Shown here: positions 46,731 to 55,956 of the stretch, piece after piece | Position numbering within the stretch: position 1 is the first letter of the stretch | Layout: every line of letters starts with the position of its first letter | DNA from: Bacteroidales bacterium | GTDB taxonomy: Bacteria; Bacteroidota; Bacteroidia; Bacteroidales; VadinHA17 | Length of the DNA: 64,000 nt | Assembly: GCA_009877105.1 (NCBI GenBank) | Contig: WXFD01000011.1 | Span: 46,485 to 110,484 of the forward strand | Direction of reading: 5' to 3' | Position numbers and translations under genes: made by a program | The notes under the pieces: model-generated | What the model saw: the letters and a program-made list of their open reading frames with translations, nothing else | Databases searched by the model: none | Told to the model about the DNA's origin: nothing

Positions 46731-47509
46731 CCCGAAACCTGTGTTTTTATTCCGATGCGGGCTGCCATTTCAGCGATCCTTTCAAGTTCGGCAACGGGTA
46801 CTTTCTTCAATGATCCGTCAACCGGTGTATCCCTGGAAATTGTGTAGATCATTACCTCCGAAGGACGGATCATTTCGATTGCCTTCAGCCAGGCATCCAG
46901 TTCCTCGGATGTGGTGTTATCAATGATTTTTCCCTTATACGTTCCCCTGAGGAACAGCGTCTGAACAATCAGTTTTCCGTTGAACTTTTTCATCTCCTCT
47001 ATGATGTCGGATATTTTGATGTTTACCCTGGGCTGATTGTGCACCTGTACGGTAAGATCAAATCCTGAATCAAGCTTGAGGATGTTCTGGTCAACTTTCA
47101 TCAGGGCCTCCCTGATATGAGGTTTCGAAATGGTCGACGCGTTTGACAATACGGCAATTTTTGTACCGGGAAAGAATCTGTCCCTCAGTTCAATGGTATC
47201 ATCAATTATTTTTCCGAATCCCGGATGGAGGGTCGGTTCTCCGTTGCCTGCAAAGGTGATGACATCGGGCGTTTGGTTTTTTTCCTTCATTGAGCCCAGT
47301 TTTTTCTCAAGAGCATCCCTCACATCCTTCACGGAGGGCATTAAAGCCCTGTTAGCTTTGCTTTCCGAAGTCCATCCGCATTCACAGTAAATGCAGTCGA
47401 AATTACAGATCTTCTTTGTGGACGGGAGAAGGTTAATACCCAGTGAAACGCCGAGCCGCCGGCTCCTGACCGGTCCGAATATGATCTTGTTAAATAGGAA
47501 AGTCGCCAT
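46727..47509 (-). CDS. Radical SAM protein (260 aa)
   Basis: CNFDCIYCECGW carries the CxxxCxxC cluster motif near the N-terminus, followed by GNGEPTLHP. Confidence 0.8.
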   Translation of the reverse strand: MATFLFNKIIFGPVRSRRLGVSLGINLLPSTKKICNFDCIYCECGWTSESKANRALMPSVKDVRDALEKKLGSMKEKNQTPDVITFAGNGEPTLHPGFGKIIDDTIELRDRFFPGTKIAVLSNASTISKPHIREALMKVDQNILKLDSGFDLTVQVHNQPRVNIKISDIIEEMKKFNGKLIVQTLFLRGTYKGKIIDNTTSEELDAWLKAIEMIRPSEVMIYTISRDTPVDGSLKKVPVAELERIAEMAARIGIKTQVSG

Positions 47510-47607
47510 TTCCGGAGGAGATTAAGAGGCCAAAATTAATAAAATTATCGGGATGATGACAGGAGCGCTGATCCCTGGTTGACCGGCACAAGATGCTGGT
47601 ATCTGGG

Positions 47608-48774
47608 TCAGATCAGTCTGCTGACCCTGCTTTCACGGGTCAATCTGAGATTTGCAAGATCAGCATTCTGAATGAGCAGCAAGCCTGGCTTTTTCCCCGG
47701 GGCAATTGATCCGAATGTGCTTTCCTCACACAACGCCCTTGCTCCGTTAAGTGTTGCCCAGGAAACAAGGGTCTCGAGCGGAATGGAAGGAAAGAAATCC
47801 TGAATCGTTTTTAATTCTTCAAGTATGCTCAGGCTGCTGTTTGAAGCAAGGCTGTCAGTTCCGGTCACAACCCGGCAGCCTTCTTCTATCAGCATCCCCA
47901 CCTCTGGCAGCTGGTTCTCAATGTAAAGATTTGATCTCGGGCAGAGGCACCAGAAAATGTTATCCCGTTCCCTAACCTTCCTGACTGTACTACGGCCGGT
48001 GAAGGTGTTGTGGACCAGGATCAGGTTACCCGAAAGGGTTATTTCTTCAAGTATCGCCGAGGCATGGTCTTTCACGGTTTCAACTTTGATTCCCGGCCAT
48101 GAGTTTTCAAATGTTTCCTTTATGTCTCCCGAATTATTTGCAAGAAATTCTGTTTCCGACCCCGATTCCATGAAATGTATTGATGTCACCCTGTTTGAAG
48201 CTGTGGCTGATTTGACCAGTCGCAGCAAAGTAAGGGACAGTGAATAGAACGAGTGGGGGACCACGGAGTATTCCAGGCCCAGTGACCGGGCAGCTTCCGA
48301 CAGCCTGAGCGTTTCAGAGAATCTCTGCTGGGCTGCGTCCGGGTCTGTTCCGAGGACCTCCAGCAGGCTGATGTATTTAATCCGGCTTTTCGTTTTAAGC
48401 TCGAATGTCGCATCCGTATTGCAGACATCTGCACACAGCACCACCCCCTCGTTGAAAAGCATCCTGTCGGCCCTAAGAGCCGCAATGCTGCTTTCTGTCC
48501 TGTCCCTGATGCTCATTATATCATAAATGAAGCCGCCCAGTCCTTTGCCTGAAGGTATTTTGCCAACCAGGCCCGACAGTTCAAGGTGACAATGGCAGTT
48601 GACGAATCCGGGTATTATTATGCCATTGTGGAATTCAAGGCCCGCCCTCTCCTTCAGTTCTCCGCCGGTGTCTTCAGCGCTGATTACGGTTCCGTCGTCA
48701 TCCGTTGTTATTACACCTCTTTTTAATGGTGGTCCGCAGTTGGTGAATATGAATTGTGCCGAAAATTGTTTCAT
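47608..48774 (-). CDS. Amidohydrolase-superfamily protein (chlorohydrolase/deaminase-like)
   Basis: PGFVNCHCHLELS (HxH metal site), a later HF.E segment and a TDS motif. Confidence 0.75.
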   Translation of the reverse strand: MKQFSAQFIFTNCGPPLKRGVITTDDDGTVISAEDTGGELKERAGLEFHNGIIIPGFVNCHCHLELSGLVGKIPSGKGLGGFIYDIMSIRDRTESSIAALRADRMLFNEGVVLCADVCNTDATFELKTKSRIKYISLLEVLGTDPDAAQQRFSETLRLSEAARSLGLEYSVVPHSFYSLSLTLLRLVKSATASNRVTSIHFMESGSETEFLANNSGDIKETFENSWPGIKVETVKDHASAILEEITLSGNLILVHNTFTGRSTVRKVRERDNIFWCLCPRSNLYIENQLPEVGMLIEEGCRVVTGTDSLASNSSLSILEELKTIQDFFPSIPLETLVSWATLNGARALCEESTFGSIAPGKKPGLLLIQNADLANLRLTRESRVSRLI

Positions 48775-49559
48775 TGACCGGGAAGCCTGGGATTAAGGGA
48801 GATATTTTCCACGTAATAATGACTCTTTAAAAGCGGATTCTGATTCTCCATATTTACAAACCATCCTTTTATCCTTATGGGAGGCATTTCCTTCAGGCGG
48901 ATGGGAATGGAAAAATTATGCGGCTGGCCATCCTTCGGATAAAAAATTCCGGGGAAGTATGTCCTTTTGATTGCTTTTACGGCCGGATCGTTTGCTTCGA
49001 AAAACATGTTTAGATGAGGATACTGGGTCTCATCATCCGGATAAACGGTTATGGTGAAATTCAGGGTATAGAACCTTGAATATTGTACGGGAAGATCGAA
49101 CTCGGCGGAATCTGCGGGGGTGCCTCCGTAAAAGTAGTAGAACTGTTTTCCCTGCCAGTAGTTGTTGGCGATATCCTCCAGCAGGGGATTGTACTGAAGC
49201 AACTTCGATTCCATTGCGCTGAGCGCGCCTAGCACCTTGTCATAAATCCTTATCAGATCTTTGGGTTTTCGTGAGAAGTAGAACCACATGGTTCTGTCCA
49301 TTGTTTCTTTTGTATATCCGTGCCTCTCGATGACATTTATATATGCAGCCATTGAGTCAGCGTTGACATAAAGGTTGCTTATCCTAGGTATCGAAAGTAA
49401 ACCGTCGGCAATATGAATCTCGGTAAGGATAGAAATCAAGTCTTTTTCGGGAATAATGTGCCTGTGTTCAGCCCGGCTTTTTCTGCCTGAGCATGAAACG
49501 GAACACATTATCATAAACAGCACAAGGCCCCGCAGAAATATTTGCCCGGATAATTTCAT
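48771..49559 (-). CDS. Hypothetical lipoprotein (DUF4296-like N-terminus)
   Basis: Signal/lipobox ..MIMCSVSCSG. LISILTEIHIADGL resembles DUF4296. There is an ATGA overlap with the next gene. Confidence 0.55.
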   Translation of the reverse strand: MKLSGQIFLRGLVLFMIMCSVSCSGRKSRAEHRHIIPEKDLISILTEIHIADGLLSIPRISNLYVNADSMAAYINVIERHGYTKETMDRTMWFYFSRKPKDLIRIYDKVLGALSAMESKLLQYNPLLEDIANNYWQGKQFYYFYGGTPADSAEFDLPVQYSRFYTLNFTITVYPDDETQYPHLNMFFEANDPAVKAIKRTYFPGIFYPKDGQPHNFSIPIRLKEMPPIRIKGWFVNMENQNPLLKSHYYVENISLNPRLPGQ

Positions 49560-49567
49560 CTTCTGAC

Positions 49568-50788
49568 TCAGTTACGGACCAGGTACTTTTTTGTAAGGTA
49601 CCTGACAGGATACCATGCGGCCCAGAATCCTATCAGCAATACCGTTGCCGGAACAATAATGAAATCATTCAATTTCATTATTACCGGGTATGCATTCAGC
49701 AGCAGTGAGTCGCTCTGAAGCCGGACAAGTCCGTAAGTCTGCTGGAGCCAGCAAATTGCAAAACCCAGGATAACTCCTGCAACGGCGCCAATGATTGAAA
49801 TCAGCCATCCTTCAAAAATGAAGATCTTCCTGATCAGGTTATTGTCCGCTCCAAGGCTTTTAAGAATCTCAATATCACGTTCCTTTTCGATTATCAGCAT
49901 TGTAAGTGATCCTATGATGTTGAAGGATGCAATTATCAAAATAAAGGTAAGTATAAAGAAAATCGCCAGCCTTTCCGATTTCATGACTTTATAGAAGATC
50001 TCCTGCTGCTCAAACTTGTTTTGTACTGAAAAGCCTTTCCCGAAAATGTTCTTGATTTCTTTCTGGACTTTGATTTCATCGGCCTTTTTCCTGAATTTTA
50101 CTTCAATTGAACTTACACCTCTGTCATTCTCCAGCAGTTCATTTGCGAAATCCAGCGGTATAAAAACATATCTCGAGTCAAATTCCTGCTCAACCTGATA
50201 GATACCGGAGGGAAAAATAAATCTTCTGTTAAAGGCATTTTCGGGATTCAGGTTTGAATCTCCGCTTTTCCTTGGGACAAAAATATCGAGAGGTGTAATG
50301 AAGTTGATTCTTAATCCCAGCGAGTTTGCGATACCCATGCCAGGTATTGCGTAGGGACGCCCCTTTTCCGACTTCAGGGTGAACTGCCCGTCCCACATGG
50401 AGCTGTCAATGCGGGTAACTTTTATATAGTTCTCATCAACCCCCTTGATGGTTGCTATATATTGCCTTTCGCCATATCGGAGCAGGGCATTTTCTTCGAT
50501 GCACAGTGAGTAGCATGATACGCCGTCAACGGCTGATAAAAGATTCAGGCTGGCTGGATCGGGTATGAACGTTTTGCCTTCGGCTGCAGTGATCTTAATA
50601 TCCGGATCTGAAGTATTGAAGATTGACCGTACCAGGGTTTCAAGCCCGTTGAAAACTGAAAGCACAATGATCAGGGCCATGGTTCCCACCGAAACACCGG
50701 CCACTGAAACAGCAGAAATAATGTTTATTGCATTCCGCGATTTTTTTGCGAAAAGATATCTTTTTGCTATGTATAGGGAGAGCTTCAC
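49568..50788 (-). CDS. FtsX-like ABC permease, LolC/E family
   Basis: N-terminal TM, MacB-type periplasmic domain, and a C-terminal FtsX 3-TM bundle (ILKSLGADN..IF..EG). Confidence 0.85.
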   Translation of the reverse strand: MKLSLYIAKRYLFAKKSRNAINIISAVSVAGVSVGTMALIIVLSVFNGLETLVRSIFNTSDPDIKITAAEGKTFIPDPASLNLLSAVDGVSCYSLCIEENALLRYGERQYIATIKGVDENYIKVTRIDSSMWDGQFTLKSEKGRPYAIPGMGIANSLGLRINFITPLDIFVPRKSGDSNLNPENAFNRRFIFPSGIYQVEQEFDSRYVFIPLDFANELLENDRGVSSIEVKFRKKADEIKVQKEIKNIFGKGFSVQNKFEQQEIFYKVMKSERLAIFFILTFILIIASFNIIGSLTMLIIEKERDIEILKSLGADNNLIRKIFIFEGWLISIIGAVAGVILGFAICWLQQTYGLVRLQSDSLLLNAYPVIMKLNDFIIVPATVLLIGFWAAWYPVRYLTKKYLVRN

Positions 50789-50791
50789 TTT

Positions 50792-51601
50792 CTACTTGTT
50801 TGCTGTTACCAGGAGTCCCGTACCGGTTTTGTGTATCATGTGGATATCAAAGATGTTCAGGATGAAGGCAAAAGGATACACTATAAGGTAGTAAACAGGA
50901 AGAACCGGGAAGAACAGCCTGGAAATATTAAGCAGTTTCACCGGATACTTCATTGAAAGCAGCCATGAGATATGGCCGGGTTTACCGTAAGTGTAGACAG
51001 CGGATACATTGCGGAAGCCTGCAGCTGACAGTTTTTCCCTTAATTCGTCTTTCCCGTAGCCGTTTCTGACATGCTCATCGATAAACGACCTGTCATTTTC
51101 GTCATGAACATCTGACCCTCCCTTGTCAGAAGGTGTTGATATTATCAGGTATCCATTGTTTTTCAAAGCATTGTAAAAATTCTTTAATACCTTTATATCC
51201 TCATCGATATGTTCCATCACATCGACCGCCAGCACAAGATCAAATGTTTCCTTATTGTCAAGCAGCCTGAGATCGAGCCGGTCGAATGAGGTCCGTTGAC
51301 TCAGGGATGTTGAAGCAAAGAATTTTCTGCATTCTGCAACATGCCTGCCGTCGATGTCAACCCCCCTGATGACCCAGTTTCTGTTCATTCGCCCCATTCT
51401 CCAGGTATATTGCCCGAATCCGCATCCGGCGTCGAGTACAGATGCATTTTCCGGGAGAAGACCTGAAATTACCCTGAGCCTGCGTTTTACATGCCAGGTC
51501 CTGAGTAGCAGCAGGTCGAGGGTGAAATAAAATACTTTCCTCAGCAGGGGAGAGCCGTTGATAAACCGGGCAAGGTTCCTTTTTATCGGATCATACTGCA
51601 T
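50792..51601 (-). CDS. Class I SAM-dependent methyltransferase
   Basis: Motif I VLDAGCGFGQYT and motif II DLVLAVDVMEHI. Confidence 0.8.
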   Translation of the reverse strand: MQYDPIKRNLARFINGSPLLRKVFYFTLDLLLLRTWHVKRRLRVISGLLPENASVLDAGCGFGQYTWRMGRMNRNWVIRGVDIDGRHVAECRKFFASTSLSQRTSFDRLDLRLLDNKETFDLVLAVDVMEHIDEDIKVLKNFYNALKNNGYLIISTPSDKGGSDVHDENDRSFIDEHVRNGYGKDELREKLSAAGFRNVSAVYTYGKPGHISWLLSMKYPVKLLNISRLFFPVLPVYYLIVYPFAFILNIFDIHMIHKTGTGLLVTANK

Positions 51602-51604
51602 TGC

Positions 51605-51943
51605 TCACGATTTCAGAAGTCTGTCGATATTGTCGATATAATCGAGGCTGTCGTCAATAAAAAAAGAAATCTCAGGTACAATCCGAAGCTGTTTTCTGAT
51701 CTTCTGGCCTATTTCAAATCTGATCCTGGAGGAGTGGTCGTGTATGCTCTCAAGAATAATGCCCTGATCATTTGAGGGGAAGATGCTGATATAAATTTTT
51801 GCTGATGAAAGGTCAGGGCTCACCCTTACCTTGGTGATTGAAATCATCTTCCCGTGCGCCCATTCATTTCCCTTCCTGAGAAAGATCCCGGCCATTTCCT
51901 TCTGAAGCAGACGGGATACTTTTTTTTGTCGTGTCGATTCCAC
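51605..51943 (-). CDS. rbfA: Ribosome-binding factor A (GTG start)
   Basis: MESTRQKKVSRLLQKEMAGIF......ISITKVRVSPDLSSAKIYISIF is the typical RbfA N-terminus. Confidence 0.88.
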   Translation of the reverse strand: MESTRQKKVSRLLQKEMAGIFLRKGNEWAHGKMISITKVRVSPDLSSAKIYISIFPSNDQGIILESIHDHSSRIRFEIGQKIRKQLRIVPEISFFIDDSLDYIDNIDRLLKS

Positions 51944-51965
51944 AGCACATTTTGTTTTGATCAGT

Positions 51966-51973
51966 CAAAGGTA
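51966..51973 (-). promoter_or_regulatory. -7 box (TAccTTTG) for the rbfA-led operon
   Basis: The reverse complement of caaaggta. It lies 23 nt upstream of the start at 51943. Confidence 0.45.
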
Positions 51974-52086
51974 CTATTTTCCGGAAAATTCTCATCCTTT
52001 TATTGGCCGGGTACGGCTTAAATGCCTCTGCTGTCGTTGTTGCCCCTTATAAAGACCGATTACCGGAATGAATCAGGAAAAAAAGT

Positions 52087-52094
52087 TAATTTTG
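52087..52094 (+). promoter_or_regulatory. -7 box (TAatTTTG) for trpS
   Basis: taattttg lies 22 nt upstream of the ATG at 52116. Confidence 0.45.
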
Positions 52095-52115
52095 CAGGAT
52101 AGTTAATTTTCACAG

Positions 52116-53108
52116 ATGATGGAAACGGTAGTCAGCGGTATAAGATCGACGGGAAATCTTCACCTTGGTAATTATTTCGGCGCGTTGAAGAACTTTCTGA
52201 AGATGCAGAAGGAGAATAATTGTTTTTTCTTTATTGCCGATTATCATGCCCTGACAACCCATCCAAAACCCGGCGACCTCCATGGCAATATCAAACAGGT
52301 ACTGGCAGAATACCTTGCCTGCGGTATTGATCCTGAGATTGCCACGGTGTTTATTCAGAGCGACGTTCCGGAGGTGACTGAATTGTATCTTCTCCTGAAC
52401 ATGAATGCCTATGTTGGGGAACTGGAGAGAACCACTTCCTTCAAGGAAAAGGTAAGGAAATATCCCGATAACATTAATGCCGGCCTGCTTACCTATCCGG
52501 TACTAATGGCCGCTGATATAATTATTCACAAGGCCAACAAGGTGCCTGTTGGAAAGGATCAGGAACAGCATCTTGAGATGACAAGGAAATTTGCCAGGCG
52601 GTTCAATATGATTTACGGGGTCGATTATTTTCCTGAACCCGATGCCTATAATTTCGGCAGGAAGCTGATCAAAATCCCCGGCCTTGACGGATCGGGGAAA
52701 ATGGGGAAAAGCGAGGGTAACGGCATTTTCCTGTCAGATACACCACAGGAAATAAGAAAAAAAGTAATGAGGGCCGTTACTGACACCGGGCCTACTGCCA
52801 GGAATCAGGTACCGTCGGAACCGGTAAAAAACCTCTTTACAATAATGAAGGTTGTTTCAGATCCTTCCACTGTTAAATATTTCACAGAAAAACATGCTTC
52901 ATGCGAGATACGCTATGGCGATCTTAAGAAACAACTTGCCGAAGACATAATTAATGTTACTGATCCGATCCGCAAAAGAATCAACGATATCCTTTCTGAC
53001 AACAAATATCTTGCAAGAGTTGTGAGGGAAGGAGCTGAAAAAGCAAGAATGAGTGCTTCAAAGACAATTAGAGAGGTGAGGGAAATAATCGGATACAAAC
53101 CGTTCTGA
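52116..53108 (+). CDS. trpS: Tryptophan--tRNA ligase
   Basis: SGIRSTGNLHLGNYFGA (HIGH-like) and KMGKSEGN (KMSKS). 330 aa. Confidence 0.93.
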   Translation: MMETVVSGIRSTGNLHLGNYFGALKNFLKMQKENNCFFFIADYHALTTHPKPGDLHGNIKQVLAEYLACGIDPEIATVFIQSDVPEVTELYLLLNMNAYVGELERTTSFKEKVRKYPDNINAGLLTYPVLMAADIIIHKANKVPVGKDQEQHLEMTRKFARRFNMIYGVDYFPEPDAYNFGRKLIKIPGLDGSGKMGKSEGNGIFLSDTPQEIRKKVMRAVTDTGPTARNQVPSEPVKNLFTIMKVVSDPSTVKYFTEKHASCEIRYGDLKKQLAEDIINVTDPIRKRINDILSDNKYLARVVREGAEKARMSASKTIREVREIIGYKPF

Positions 53109-53286
53109 CATAAATAAAAGCCAGGTTTGTAACCTGGCTGTCCTTGATGAATCAAGTATATTTTGGAGATTGCCTGTGTAATATATTAATATCAAATTGC
53201 GTGCCAAATTATATCTTATGTCATTCGGTATTTTATTAATTTTTTTGGGAATAGTACGATAGGGTTACTGTAAAGGAAAGATAAAA

Positions 53287-55956
53287 GTGAGAAAACGAAC
53301 AACGCTCATCTTGCTGGTTATTCTTCTTGCGGGTCTTGCGCTGCTTGGCTATTTCCTTCATAAGGACCGGCAGGGTCTCCTGACTGATCCGTACAAGATA
53401 ATTGCCCCCAATGCATTTGTTGTAATTGAAACAGCCGACATACAGAGCCTTTTTAATTCACTTACAACAGGCAAGGGTATTTTTTCAGAACTCGGGAAGA
53501 CGGAGGAATTCAGAAGTTTTGATACGAAACTGAAATATATTGCGGATCAATTGAATAAACCCGGATTAAAGAAACTGGTCCTAGAGGGTAAAACACTTGT
53601 TTCTTTCCATCCGGCAGGTCAGAAAAAGCCGGTTCCCTTCCTTTCGATGACTATCACTCCTGATGTTGGCTTCAGGCAGCTGAGAGAAACCCTTTCCTCC
53701 TTCGGTATAAAGAATATTATTGAAGAAAGATCCGGTTCCAGGCGTCTTTTCAGGCTGCCATATGTTCTTGCCAGCCTCAGGGATACGGTCTTCGTGAGCA
53801 TTTCTTCAGGGTTACTGATCTGCAGCACATCGGAAACCCTTGTTTTGAACGCCCTGTCGCAGTCCCAGCCTCATGGGGATATAAGGGATGCACCCGGATT
53901 TGCAAGGGTGATGCTGGCCACAGGTAGAAAGGAAGACAAGCTTTTCGTGGTTTTCAGTAATCTAACTGATGTTATAAAACCGCTTTTTGCTCCGGATGCC
54001 CGCCTGCTTGCCGATAAGATAACCCGTCTTGGCAGCAGCGGCGGTGGTGATGTGTTCATTAATGATGAAGGTTTCACCCTGAGCGGATACATTGAAAGTT
54101 CGGATCCCGGAGAATACCTGTTCCGGTACAGGAATATTGTTCCCCGTAATCTGAAAAATTACAGGATACTTCCTTCGGGAACCTCATTGTTCGAGTCCAT
54201 GATCATGCCCGGAGAATCGCAGGTGAGAAAAAAACCGGAAGCCGGAAGCAATTTGCTGGCCGATAAGCTCAGACCCTATCTTGGAGAAGAGATCACACGG
54301 GCTTATATCGACATAAAAACCGTACCTGTGAATGATAACACGGTTATAGTTATTGAATTGAAAAATCCCGTTCAATGTGAACAGATTATCCGTGAACATG
54401 CGGATATCAGGAAAGAAACAAAATATTTTCAGCCTGACGATCAGGTGAAGATACCTGTCTATTTTACAGGGAAGACCGGACTCGTCAGACAGCTTGTCCC
54501 TGAACTTGCGCCATCCTTTTCTGATTCATATTTCACATTTTATGATAATTACATGATTATCGGAAGTTCAGAAATCACTTTATCACGATTTTTATATGAC
54601 AATATTCTCAATAAAACGCTTGCAAATGACGTGTTTTACCGTGAGTTTGAGAAACTTCTTCCTTCAAGGTCGGGCTATTTCTTCTATTGCAATCCACCGA
54701 GGATAGTTGATTATCTGGCCCAATATCTTTCACCTGAAATTATGGATGGGATACGCAAAAACAGGGTTGCATTCAACAAGCTGCAGTCTGTCGGATTTCA
54801 GCTGGCTTCCATCAACGATATGATCTATAATAACATTTCGCTCAGATACCGCGACCAGATCATGGAAGAATCGACAACAGAATGGGAAACACTGCTCGAC
54901 ACGGCTGCCAGCATTAAGCCTTTCTTCTTCAGGAATCACATTACGGGCGCCAGGGAAATATTCATACAGGATATGAATAATAATGCATACCTGATTAATG
55001 CGACTGGCCGGGTTCTCTGGAAAGTGCCTCTTAAAGAGAGGATAATTAGTACGGTTTACATGATAGATTACTACAGGAACGGGAAGTTCCAGCTTCTGTT
55101 CTCCGGACGGAACAATCTGCATGTACTTGACAGGAACGGGAACTATGTTGAAAGATACCCGGTCAGGCTCAGATCACCTGCAACCAATTCAGTGGCTCTT
55201 TTCGATTATGATAACAACAATACCTACAGGCTGGTCATTGCCGGGGAAGACAAGATGATTTATTCGTATGACAAGAGCGGGAATGCCGTTAAGGGATGGA
55301 AGCCGTTCCGTACATCAGGACAGGTAACCTCCGAGGCCGGGTTTTACAGGGTCTCAGGCAAGGATTTTATTGTAGTTGCCGATGAAGCTTCGTTGTACTT
55401 CCTCGACCGTTCAGGCAATATCAGGCTGAGACTGAAAGATGCAGTAACAAAAGCCGCGGGCTCAACCATCCGGCTTTCACCGGGCTCACGACCATCCCTC
55501 GTGTGCTCTTCTCCCCAGGGTGAGGTCCAGCATATTTATTTCGACGGAGAGGTCAGGAAATTCAGCCTTCGCCCCTTTGCTTCCGATCACTCGTTCGATT
55601 ATTTTGATATCGACGGGGATGGCTTTGGCGAATATATTTTCATTGAAAAGGGTAAATTGTATCTTTACGACCATGACCGGTCAGAATTATTCACCAAGGA
55701 CTTTACTACTGACAATCTCGGAGGTCCAATTAATTTTATCTTTTCTGCATCTGACAGGAAGATCGGAGTATTTGACCCTGGCAGGAAGCTTATTTACCTG
55801 GTTGATAAAAAAGGAGAAATAATGAAAGGATTTCCTTTAAGAGGAGCTTCAATGTTTTCAATAAACAGGCTTTCATCAGGGAATGAGTGGAATCTGATCG
55901 TGGGAGGAACAGACAGATTTTTATATAATTATAAACTTGAAACAGGAGGTAAATGA
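53287..55956 (+). CDS. Membrane-anchored hypothetical protein (889 aa, GTG start) with a C-terminal repeat (beta-propeller-like) region
   Basis: N-terminal TM RKRTTLILLVILLAGLALLGYF. The C-terminal third has a recurring motif: LDRNGNYVERYPVRL, YDKSGNAVKGWKPFR, LDRSGNIRLRL and VDKKGEIMKGFPLRG. Confidence 0.6.
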   Translation: MRKRTTLILLVILLAGLALLGYFLHKDRQGLLTDPYKIIAPNAFVVIETADIQSLFNSLTTGKGIFSELGKTEEFRSFDTKLKYIADQLNKPGLKKLVLEGKTLVSFHPAGQKKPVPFLSMTITPDVGFRQLRETLSSFGIKNIIEERSGSRRLFRLPYVLASLRDTVFVSISSGLLICSTSETLVLNALSQSQPHGDIRDAPGFARVMLATGRKEDKLFVVFSNLTDVIKPLFAPDARLLADKITRLGSSGGGDVFINDEGFTLSGYIESSDPGEYLFRYRNIVPRNLKNYRILPSGTSLFESMIMPGESQVRKKPEAGSNLLADKLRPYLGEEITRAYIDIKTVPVNDNTVIVIELKNPVQCEQIIREHADIRKETKYFQPDDQVKIPVYFTGKTGLVRQLVPELAPSFSDSYFTFYDNYMIIGSSEITLSRFLYDNILNKTLANDVFYREFEKLLPSRSGYFFYCNPPRIVDYLAQYLSPEIMDGIRKNRVAFNKLQSVGFQLASINDMIYNNISLRYRDQIMEESTTEWETLLDTAASIKPFFFRNHITGAREIFIQDMNNNAYLINATGRVLWKVPLKERIISTVYMIDYYRNGKFQLLFSGRNNLHVLDRNGNYVERYPVRLRSPATNSVALFDYDNNNTYRLVIAGEDKMIYSYDKSGNAVKGWKPFRTSGQVTSEAGFYRVSGKDFIVVADEASLYFLDRSGNIRLRLKDAVTKAAGSTIRLSPGSRPSLVCSSPQGEVQHIYFDGEVRKFSLRPFASDHSFDYFDIDGDGFGEYIFIEKGKLYLYDHDRSELFTKDFTTDNLGGPINFIFSASDRKIGVFDPGRKLIYLVDKKGEIMKGFPLRGASMFSINRLSSGNEWNLIVGGTDRFLYNYKLETGGK

